A stretch of 64,000 nucleotides of DNA from Gemmatimonadota bacterium (lineage in GTDB: Bacteria > Gemmatimonadota > Gemmatimonadetes > Gemmatimonadales > GWC2-71-9), in assembly GCA_039591655.1 (NCBI GenBank), contig JBDHDE010000035.1:17247-81246 (forward strand). The letters are read 5' to 3'. The notes under the pieces were generated by a model, which was not told the origin of the DNA, made no database searches, and saw only the letters and a list, made by a program, of their open reading frames with translations. This document shows, in pieces, positions 47,235 to 55,153 of the stretch (its first letter is position 1; each line of letters begins with the position of its first letter). The position numbers and the translations under genes were made by a program.

Positions 47235-49460
47235 ATGGAGGATCAAGTTGAGCGCTTGAAAGCGGCCCTCGCCGAGCGGTACGTCATCGAGCGGGAACTC
47301 GGTCGTGGCGGGATGGCGACCGTCTACCTCGCTCGAGACGTGAAGCACGAGCGAGAGGTCGCGGTGAAGGTACTGCGCCCTGAGCTTGCGGCTGCGCTCG
47401 GGCCAGATCGGTTCCTGCAAGAGATCAAGATCGCAGCCAACCTGCACCACCCGCACATTCTGCCACTGTACGACTCGGGCGAAGCGGACGGGTTCCTGTA
47501 CTACGTCATGCCGTTCGTCGACGGCGAGACGCTGGGCGACAAGCTCGACAGCGAGAAGCAGCTCGGGCTCGAAGAAGCGGTGCGGATCACAACCGAGGTG
47601 GCGGACGCGTTGGACTACGCGCATCGCCAGAATGTGATCCATCGGGACATCAAGCCCGAGAACATCTTGTTATCGGGCAACCACGCGGTCGTCGCGGACT
47701 TCGGCATCGCCCGCGCGCTCGATGCGGCCGGGGGCGAGCGGCTCACCGAAACCGGGCTCGCAATTGGCACGCCGGCCTACATGAGCCCGGAGCAAGTCCT
47801 GGGCAGCGGCCGCATGGACGGCCGGGCTGACCTGTACGCGCTCGGCTGCGTGCTGTACGAGATGCTGGCGGGCGAGACGCCCTTTACCGGCCCGACCGCC
47901 CAGGCGATCCTGGCCCGGCAGTCGGTCGACCCGGTGCCACCCCTCCGGACGGTGCGAAGCACGGTGCCGATCGCAATCGAGCAGGCGGTGAACCGGGCGC
48001 TGGCGAAGGTTCCGGCCGATCGGTTCGCGACGGCTGCAGCCTTTGCGGAGGCGCTCACCGCGCCAGCCTCCGTCCACCCAAGACCCTGCTCGGTCGCGGT
48101 TCTCCCTTTCCTCAACCTGAGCGCGGATCCGGAGAACGAGTACTTCGCGGACGGGATCACCGAGGACGTCATCGCCCAGCTCTCAAAGATCCACGATCTC
48201 AAGGTGATCTCACGCACTTCTGTGATGCCGTTCAAGAAGCGGGAGCAGGGCCTGCAGCAGATCGCTGCGACGCTTGGGGTGGCAACGGTGCTTGAGGGAA
48301 GCGTCAGGCGCGCCGGCGATCGGGTGCGCATCATGGCACAGCTCATTGACGCCGGGACCGACCAGCACCTCTGGGCGGAAAGCTACGACCGCCAACTCCG
48401 CGATATCTTTGCGATCCAGAGTGACGTGGCGTTGAACATCGCGACCGCCCTCCGGGCGGAGCTTTCCCCCGACGAGGAGACGCGGATACGCAGTGAACCG
48501 ACCAATGATCTTCAAGCCTATCAGCTCTATCTCCAGGGACGCCACTGCGTCAACCGGTTCACCGAGGAGGGGATGCGTAAGGGCATCGAGTACTTTGAAC
48601 AAGCGATCGAAGAGGACCCAACCTATGCCCTGCCGTACGCCGCCCTTGCCATTACCTATACCGAGATCGGGTTGGGCCAGGGGGCGGGCCTCTTGAGGCC
48701 AGAGGTGGCGTATCGCCATGCGAAGGAGGCAGCGGCGAAGGCTCTCGTGCTAGACGCTGGGCTCGGCGATGCGCACAGTGCAGCGGCATTCCTCCGGTGG
48801 GTTTGCGACTTCGACTGGAACGGCGCCGAAGCAGAGTTCAACCGTGCGCTCGAACTTAGCCCCGGCAGTGCCGATATCTACGACCTCTACGGGCGCATGT
48901 GTTCGGAACTAGAACGGTACGACGAGGCCATCGCCTTGGAGCAGCGTGCTCAAGAGCTAGATCCGGTCGCGCACCGATCGGATGTCGCAACCACACTGAT
49001 CAGGGCTGGACGGTACGATGAGGCCTTGCAGGCGGCATCGCGCGCGGTCGAACTCGACCCCCATTATGCGCGTTCGCGCGGCACTCTTGGGTGGGCGTAC
49101 CTGATGAAGGGCTTGCACGACCAAGGATTGGCCGAAGTAGAGCGCGCTGTCTCCCTCTCACCCGGGGCCACGCTTTGGCTGGCACAACTTGGGCAGGCCT
49201 ACGCAACAGTGGGGAAGGTTGCCCAGGCTCGGGAGGTGCTTCGCCAGCTGGAAGCGCTATCTGAGCAGCGATACGTCTCTCCTTACCACCTGGCCTACGT
49301 CTACACTGGGCTCGGTGAAGTGGACCACGCGATTGATTGTCTCGAACGGGCCTATGAGGAGCGAGCAGCCGTTTCTGGCATCAGGGGCTCGTTCCTGTTC
49401 ACCAGCCTGCGCTCCCACCCAAGATTCGAAGCGTTGCTTAGAAGAATGAATCTGGCATGA
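47235..49460 (+). CDS. Hanks-type Ser/Thr protein kinase with TolB-like and TPR domains
   Basis: Motifs LGRGGMATVY, VAVK, HRDIKPEN, DFG and GTPAYMSPEQ; SVAVLPFLNLS; TPR repeats. Confidence 0.93.
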   Translation: MEDQVERLKAALAERYVIERELGRGGMATVYLARDVKHEREVAVKVLRPELAAALGPDRFLQEIKIAANLHHPHILPLYDSGEADGFLYYVMPFVDGETLGDKLDSEKQLGLEEAVRITTEVADALDYAHRQNVIHRDIKPENILLSGNHAVVADFGIARALDAAGGERLTETGLAIGTPAYMSPEQVLGSGRMDGRADLYALGCVLYEMLAGETPFTGPTAQAILARQSVDPVPPLRTVRSTVPIAIEQAVNRALAKVPADRFATAAAFAEALTAPASVHPRPCSVAVLPFLNLSADPENEYFADGITEDVIAQLSKIHDLKVISRTSVMPFKKREQGLQQIAATLGVATVLEGSVRRAGDRVRIMAQLIDAGTDQHLWAESYDRQLRDIFAIQSDVALNIATALRAELSPDEETRIRSEPTNDLQAYQLYLQGRHCVNRFTEEGMRKGIEYFEQAIEEDPTYALPYAALAITYTEIGLGQGAGLLRPEVAYRHAKEAAAKALVLDAGLGDAHSAAAFLRWVCDFDWNGAEAEFNRALELSPGSADIYDLYGRMCSELERYDEAIALEQRAQELDPVAHRSDVATTLIRAGRYDEALQAASRAVELDPHYARSRGTLGWAYLMKGLHDQGLAEVERAVSLSPGATLWLAQLGQAYATVGKVAQAREVLRQLEALSEQRYVSPYHLAYVYTGLGEVDHAIDCLERAYEERAAVSGIRGSFLFTSLRSHPRFEALLRRMNLA

Positions 49461-49522
49461 GCGCCCGCCCCACGAAGCGTGCAAGATGCGAAGGGGGTCT
49501 TCGAAGCTCGCTGGGATTCTGA

Positions 49523-49768
49523 GTGACAGTTTGAGTTACGGGTCACAAAGCGCTCGAAAGCACGAAGCCCCGCGGCCGTCTAACAGGCTGCGGGGCATTC
49601 ACTTACACATGCGCCAGACAGGATTCGAACCTGTGACCTTTGGCTCCGGAGGCAATGCCCGCGCGCTCACCAGCGCTCGTGGGCGCTCATTCTGCCCGAC
49701 TTTCTTGTCCTGAACGCTCGTGAGCGCTCATACGCGCTCGTGGGCGTTGTGACAATGACTGTGACAAT
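49523..49768 (-). repeat. tRNA-Arg(CCG)-derived att-like element, copy D (complete)
   Basis: Hairpin GCCCCGC...GCGGGGC, the tRNA fragment at 49610-49651, six CGCTC units, and TGTGACA at 49748 and 49760. Confidence 0.88.
49610..49651 (-). tRNA. 3'-half fragment of tRNA-Arg(CCG), not a complete tRNA (att core)
   Basis: Identical to 47018-47059. Confidence 0.8.
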
Positions 49769-49896
49769 CCTGCGAAAGCATAAAACCCGAGTTACTCTAT
49801 CGGAAATGGTGCCGTTGAGCTACTTTCGCCGCGTCTTGGAGCGGGCCCAGCCCCCGTGCGGGTTCGCTTCGCTCAACAGACCCGAGGAGGTCCACA

Positions 49897-51057
49897 ATGA
49901 GAGTGGGGCTCAACCGTGCCGCCGTCGCCTGTTCAGTGGTGGTTGCGCTAGGCTGTGAATCCATCGGAGCCTCTCAACGATCGCGATCAGCACCGACGAC
50001 CCACACCTACTACATCGCGGCGGACGAGGTCACATGGGACTACGCGCCGAGCGGGCTGGACCAGATATCCGGCAAGCCGTTTGACGAAATCGGCAGGATC
50101 TTCATGGAGAGTGGGCCGGATAGGATTGGGCGCGTGTACAGGAAGGCTCTCTACCGCGAGTACACGGACGAGACCTTCACGATGCTCAAGCCCCGACCGC
50201 CTGAGTGGGAGCACTTGGGGTTTCTTGGGCCGTTGCTACGGGCTGAGGTGGGAGACACGATCAAGATCGTTTACAGGAACAACGTGAGCTTCCCCAACTC
50301 GCTGCACCCCCACGGCGTATTCTATGACAAGGACTCAGAGGGCGCCCCATACGTGGACGAGACCGCCGACACGGACAAGGCCGACGATGCGGTGCCGCCG
50401 GGTGGCGAGCACGTCTACGTTTGGCCCGTACCCGAGCGTGCCGGTCCCGCGGAGGGTGATCCCAGCTCCATTCTGTGGATGTATCACTCGCACACCAACG
50501 AGGACAAGGACGTCAACGCAGGGTTGATGGGTCCGATGATCGTCGCAGCTCGTGGCATGATCGGTCCCGATGGGACCCCTGCCGACGTGGACCGCGAGTT
50601 CATCATCTCGTTCCACGAAGTCGATGAGAACGCCAGCTGGTATCTGGAGGACAACATCCAGACGTACGCGGGCAATCCGGCAAGCGTAGACCGGACTCAG
50701 GTCCAGTTCTTCACGCCGTTCGGCCTCAGCAACTTCATGGAGACGATGAACGGTTTCAGCTTTGGGCACCTCGAGGGGTTAACAGTGCGTGTCGGAGAAC
50801 GGGTGCGCTGGTACCTGATGGCCTCCACCAACTTCGAGGTGCACGCACCCCACTGGCACGGCAATACCGTGGTGCTGAACCGTATGCGAACAGACGTGAC
50901 AAGCCTGACGACCATGGGAATGCAGGTAGCCGACATGGTTGCCGACAATCCGGGCAAATGGCTGTTCCACTGTCACGTGAAGGATCACCTGTTGGGAGGG
51001 ATGCAGTCTACATACACCGTGATGCAGCCTGAAGAGTTGGTAGCGATGCGTAACTGA
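49897..51057 (+). CDS. Two-domain multicopper oxidase, lipoprotein
   Basis: Copper motifs SLHPHG, WMYHSH, HAPHWHG and FHCHVKDHLLGGM; ALGC lipobox. Confidence 0.9.
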   Translation: MRVGLNRAAVACSVVVALGCESIGASQRSRSAPTTHTYYIAADEVTWDYAPSGLDQISGKPFDEIGRIFMESGPDRIGRVYRKALYREYTDETFTMLKPRPPEWEHLGFLGPLLRAEVGDTIKIVYRNNVSFPNSLHPHGVFYDKDSEGAPYVDETADTDKADDAVPPGGEHVYVWPVPERAGPAEGDPSSILWMYHSHTNEDKDVNAGLMGPMIVAARGMIGPDGTPADVDREFIISFHEVDENASWYLEDNIQTYAGNPASVDRTQVQFFTPFGLSNFMETMNGFSFGHLEGLTVRVGERVRWYLMASTNFEVHAPHWHGNTVVLNRMRTDVTSLTTMGMQVADMVADNPGKWLFHCHVKDHLLGGMQSTYTVMQPEELVAMRN

Positions 51058-51139
51058 CTAGCCGAGCTGTGTTGCCCATCCGAACCGGCCCGTGAGAATC
51101 CGCAGCCGGAAGTTTTGGAGCGGGCCCAGAGTGGTCAAA

Positions 51140-51350
51140 GGAGTCTGTGACAATCACGAAGATGCAGTAGAAACAGCAAGCCCCGCAGCGCGTAACTCGC
51201 TGCGGGGTTTTGCCTTACACATGCGCCAGACAGGATTCGAACCTGTGACCTTAGCGCTCGTGGGCGCTCATTCTGCCCACTTTTCCTGCCCTGAACGCTC
51301 ATGAGCGCTCATACGCGCTCGTGGGCGTTGTGACAATGTTTGTGACAGTC
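51140..51350 (-). repeat. tRNA-Arg(CCG)-derived att-like element, copy E (31-bp core deletion)
   Basis: The left arm resembles copy C. The tRNA fragment at 51222-51252 joins directly to AGCGCTCGTGGG; TGTGACA occurs twice at the end. Confidence 0.85.
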
Positions 51351-51414
51351 CGCACTGGAGTCGCAGGAGCCTGACACGCCCGGTCCGACGTGTAAGCCCG
51401 TCCGCGCCCCCCAG

Positions 51415-51972
51415 TCATGGGAGCGTGAAGTTGAGGCCAAAGAGCGCGTTGCCGCCAACCGCGCTCTCTCGGTCCAGGATGTCGATGAGATAAAGCTCGC
51501 CGAAGGGTCGAATCCACCAAAGAGGGAGTTCGAGCCCGATGACGATTACGTCGGTGACCTCAGTGTTCGAACGGGTACCCTGAGTAGGGTGGCTCACGCT
51601 GATGTGTGAGACCGTGAGACCGTAGCCGAGTGCAGCGAAGGAGCCACGGCCAAACGGGCGGACGCGCGCAGTGAAGTAGCTCTGCCAGGCTGAGCCCGAG
51701 GACTCCATACTCGGATCGTTGAGGAAGTTGTAACGGTAGCTGAAGGTAGCAGTCAACTCGATCGGGCCCAGGACCGGTACGATCGCTCCGAGTCCAAGTC
51801 GCTCATCCTCAATCTCACCGTTCGAGAAGTTGAACCCAAAGTGCACGCCGGCCTCGATGTCAGCCAGCCGGACCTGTCCCTCCGCGGCCCGTAGGACTGT
51901 AAGCTGGCATGTCACCAACGCGGCGGCGACGAGCCAAGTGGAAAGGGTCGGCTTGCGCGGGTTTGGATGCAC
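51415..51972 (-). CDS. Putative outer-membrane beta-barrel protein
   Basis: Signal peptide, alternating beta-strand pattern, ends FGLNFTLP. Confidence 0.6.
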   Translation of the reverse strand: MHPNPRKPTLSTWLVAAALVTCQLTVLRAAEGQVRLADIEAGVHFGFNFSNGEIEDERLGLGAIVPVLGPIELTATFSYRYNFLNDPSMESSGSAWQSYFTARVRPFGRGSFAALGYGLTVSHISVSHPTQGTRSNTEVTDVIVIGLELPLWWIRPFGELYLIDILDRESAVGGNALFGLNFTLP

Positions 51973-51983
51973 AGTGGCCCGCC

Positions 51984-52409
51984 CTACTCAACCATGAACT
52001 CATTGGACACGGCCACTGCGTCGGCGTGTGCCGGATCGACACCTGCGAGCACGCGGAGCCGATACCGGCCGGGTCTCGACACAGAGACGTTGTACGCAAG
52101 GCGTGTCCCCGGTTGCAGAGCGATCGTGCGGGTGGTGTAGATGGCCTGACAGATGATGCCGTGTGAGCCCTCCTCGTGCCACCTCCCGTGGCTCCGGTAT
52201 TCGATCACCGTGAACGGCGGTTGCGGGCATCCAGACAGCGCAACGCCGCGGTCTCCGACATTCTCAACTGTGATGCCGACGTTCGCGTGGGCCCCTATCA
52301 GTGTGTAGGAATCCCGGTCGGTGGTGACCATGAGCCGGATGTCGGGCTCTGCGGTCCCGCACGCGAGGATCGCGAGACACCCGACAAGTGCAGGAAGCTT
52401 GCGTGTCAT
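51984..52409 (-). CDS. Hypothetical lipoprotein (Ig-like)
   Basis: ILAC lipobox; PGRYRLRV...SNEFMVE. Confidence 0.65.
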   Translation of the reverse strand: MTRKLPALVGCLAILACGTAEPDIRLMVTTDRDSYTLIGAHANVGITVENVGDRGVALSGCPQPPFTVIEYRSHGRWHEEGSHGIICQAIYTTRTIALQPGTRLAYNVSVSRPGRYRLRVLAGVDPAHADAVAVSNEFMVE

Positions 52410-52429
52410 ACAACCCGTCCTGTGGTGCA

Positions 52430-52460
52430 GTCTAACGACTTCGCGCATGAGCTGCGGGCG
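52430..52460 (-). mobile_element. attC-like half site (L'-R' end, minus strand)
   Basis: The minus strand reads CGCCCGCAGCTCATGCGCGAAGTCGTTAGAC, close to the end of the 42672-42821 site. It lies 20 bp upstream of the next ATG. Confidence 0.65.
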
Positions 52461-52602
52461 TACTCGCGCGACAGCCCCACGACAAGCCATCCGTTCTGGT
52501 TCTAACTTGGCGCGCAATCACAGACTCCTCCAGATCCTGCGCGCTCGTCTCTAAGGCACGACTAGGGATAGCTGATCCTTCGCCACCTGACGCAGCGGGT
52601 CG

Positions 52603-52980
52603 TCATTTCAGGCCCACCGCCACGGCGACCGCGACGACGCCAACGAGCACCGCACCCTGAAGCACCCACGGGATCTCAGTGGGCCGCTGGACAGCGAGGG
52701 TGCGGACATCCTCTAGAGACACGACGACCGGAATAGTAGGGCGATACGAACGTCCAGCGCCGACGGCGTCATCCGGCATGATCTCCCCACTCAGGCTGTC
52801 GCCCTCTACCTGAGGGTTGAGCAGCACGAACTCCTGCCCATCGTTCATCTTGATCTGGACGCGGCTCGGTTCACGCTGGGCAATCACCTGCTCAGGAGCA
52901 GTGTCACTGACCTCCCAAGTATAGCAACCGCAAAGAAGGCCGCCCAGTAGACCCAGCACTGCCAGTCCGTGAGAATGCAT
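52603..52980 (-). CDS. Hypothetical lipoprotein with C-terminal hydrophobic tail
   Basis: LLCGC lipobox; GGAGG RBS. Confidence 0.6.
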   Translation of the reverse strand: MHSHGLAVLGLLGGLLCGCYTWEVSDTAPEQVIAQREPSRVQIKMNDGQEFVLLNPQVEGDSLSGEIMPDDAVGAGRSYRPTIPVVVSLEDVRTLAVQRPTEIPWVLQGAVLVGVVAVAVAVGLK

Positions 52981-52997
52981 GCCGTTGCCTCCCCGCT

Positions 52998-53648
52998 TCA
53001 CCGAGCCAGCCTCAGAACCTGGAACACGAATGCGACGTTCATCCCGAGAGACCATCCGCCAGTCGCACTCCCCGGCAGGACGGATCCGCCGGTGGCCGCA
53101 TCGCCGTACCACATGCGATCGTAGACTAGCCCTCCCTCTACCCCGACCGTGCGCGTGAGCCACATCTGCACACCCGCCGTCGCGCCGAGCGCCCACCCGC
53201 CCGCCGTGAACGACTCCCCGCCCACCCCCACGGTCTTCTGGACGCGCCCGATCCGCAACCCCAGCAGCGTGGTGGAATGGGAAGCAGTGGTCACGTATAC
53301 GCTCGGCTGGAGAAACAACCCGAAGAGCGTCACGTCCACGTCCGGCGTTTCGGAGAAGCGAGTGTACTCGGCGGACACGCCGAGCCCGATGTCGTTTGCG
53401 GTGTAACGCACTAGCCCCCCAAGCCCGAGACTGGTAGCGAGACCCCTACTCTCGTCCAGCGCTGTGGCTGTCAGACCCAGCTTGGCGCCGAGGGCCAAGC
53501 CGTTCGCGGGACGCTCGGATGCGGCCTGCGCTCCCAGAACGCTGTGGTGTAGAAGGAGAAACACGGCCACCGCCACGACTGTGCGCAGCCGGATCGTAGA
53601 GATCCCAGTGAGCGCGGTACCGGCAGCCGCATCCTTCTGGATGGACAT
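52998..53648 (-). CDS. Outer-membrane beta-barrel (8-stranded type) protein
   Basis: Signal peptide; LGAKLGL, WALGATAGVQ and terminal strand SLGMNVAF. Confidence 0.65.
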   Translation of the reverse strand: MSIQKDAAAGTALTGISTIRLRTVVAVAVFLLLHHSVLGAQAASERPANGLALGAKLGLTATALDESRGLATSLGLGGLVRYTANDIGLGVSAEYTRFSETPDVDVTLFGLFLQPSVYVTTASHSTTLLGLRIGRVQKTVGVGGESFTAGGWALGATAGVQMWLTRTVGVEGGLVYDRMWYGDAATGGSVLPGSATGGWSLGMNVAFVFQVLRLAR

Positions 53649-53661
53649 TACCCTACCGCCC

Positions 53662-53707
53662 GCCTAATCACGCGCGCGGCCTCCGCAGCTCCATGGGCGT
53701 GTTAGGC
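53662..53707 (-). mobile_element. Short, internally deleted attC-like site (minus strand)
   Basis: The minus strand reads GCCTAACACGCCCATGGAGCTGCGGAGG...GATTAGGC, between two ORFs. Confidence 0.6.
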
Positions 53708-53728
53708 CGCTCCGTAGCAGGGCGGAGA

Positions 53729-54142
53729 TCACTTGGCGAGCACGACAGTGATGGTGACATCCCCAAACGTATCTTCCCCCAACAGGCGGTTGCCCGACAC
53801 GGTGAAGGCCATGTCCCGTAGAAATGTGTCTGCCGTGTGGTCGAGCGTCACCATCGTACCGGCCAGCGTCCAGGTGCCAGCCAGATCCTCGTCAAAGTCA
53901 CCCCCCCCTTCACCGCCCCCAGGTACGAAGATGCGGCCGGCGGTGGTGCCATCGGCGTTCAGGATGACGGTAATGAGCCCGCCGTCGGCGAGGATGTCAG
54001 TGGTGCCACCGTTCTCCTGCACCATGAACGTGGTCGCCGTATAGGTCCCAGCTGCGGAGGCCATGGTCGGCGCTGTGGAATCCCCGCATGCGACCGTGCT
54101 CAACAGAAGCCCTAGTGTGACCAGAACGTTGCTATGGTGCAT
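53729..54142 (-). CDS. Hypothetical lipoprotein (lipocalin-like)
   Basis: TVAC lipobox, GAGGAGG RBS, and AGTY / GTWTL motifs. Confidence 0.7.
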   Translation of the reverse strand: MHHSNVLVTLGLLLSTVACGDSTAPTMASAAGTYTATTFMVQENGGTTDILADGGLITVILNADGTTAGRIFVPGGGEGGGDFDEDLAGTWTLAGTMVTLDHTADTFLRDMAFTVSGNRLLGEDTFGDVTITVVLAK

Positions 54143-54177
54143 ACGTCCTCCTCATGCCCAGCCTGGCAAGCGGACTG

Positions 54178-54315
54178 CCCTAACGGCATCACGCATGAGT
54201 TGCGGGCCGGATCGCCCACCAGCCACGCTCAAACCGATCAGTTCTGGATCTAGCCTGTCACGCACTCAACTTCCTCGGGACTCGCGTTCCTTCACAGCCC
54301 GTGCACGTGTCAGCG
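54178..54315 (-). mobile_element. Degenerate attC-like site (minus strand, ~138 bp)
   Basis: The minus strand starts CGCTGAC, which contains the upstream gene's stop codon, and ends CCCGCAACTCATGCGTGATGCCGTTAGGG. Confidence 0.55.
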
Positions 54316-54864
54316 GGCAGCGTCCTTACTGGGACGTATGACAAGATCCGGTTTCAGCCAGGCGTATGCCCTCGCGTTTCGCAGGACGAACCGGCGCAAG
54401 AACGCAGTAGACGCGCCATATAGGAACCGCGTAAACCAAAGCGCTATTAGGTAGACAACGAATAGCAGTTCTAGGCGGCGGTTCTCAAGGGGGTCCAATA
54501 CTGTTAGCGCGATAGCCAAAACCACTAGGACCGAGATGCCGGCTAGCCGCGCGCCTCCCCGTGAAGAGTTCATGTAGAAGAGAGCCCATCCTACGACTGC
54601 TGCTGGTCCCGCCAGCATCAACCACCACCGTAAGACGAAGCTCCCGAGAACGAGAGTGGCAATGAGGAACAAGGGACCAGCAACAAACGCCGTCATCACG
54701 ACGCCCTTCTCCAGATATGGCTTCTCACCCGTCTGCTCAAGTATCGTTGACAGCCGGGTGTCGGTATAGAACCGCCGTGCGAGCACTCGATCGACGCCGA
54801 CCCGCACCTCGCCGCATGCCTCCCGCTGGACCAGTCTTGCGTGGTCGTTGTCCGTAACTTCCAT
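54310..54864 (-). CDS. Hypothetical membrane protein
   Basis: Four TM segments and visibly more A/T-rich codons. GTTAGCC (R'-like) lies at 54895-54901 upstream. Confidence 0.65.
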   Translation of the reverse strand: MEVTDNDHARLVQREACGEVRVGVDRVLARRFYTDTRLSTILEQTGEKPYLEKGVVMTAFVAGPLFLIATLVLGSFVLRWWLMLAGPAAVVGWALFYMNSSRGGARLAGISVLVVLAIALTVLDPLENRRLELLFVVYLIALWFTRFLYGASTAFLRRFVLRNARAYAWLKPDLVIRPSKDAAR

Positions 54865-55153
54865 CCCTGCCGTCCTGGTGTTCAGCGAGCCGCTGGCTAA
54901 CGGCTGTACCCACAAGGTGCTACCGTGAGTGCCCGCGGAAGCGCCTCAGTTCTCAGTTCAACCTGGTGCACCATCATCACATTCTCTAGATCGTCATTGC
55001 CTCCTCCCGTGACGTTCCCCGCCGTGTCGGGTACCGCGTTCGTACCGCCATGCAAGAGCTTCTCCGACGGCAACTGCGACCTAGCCCGGATGGCCCCGCC
55101 GCTAAGGGGTGAGCGCCCGGCGCGGGGCCGGGCGCTGGTCTATTGCGCGCGCG

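Noticed and set aside
36516..51350. CRISPR array
   Set aside because: Repeats are 78-246 bp and kilobases apart, and no cas genes are present.
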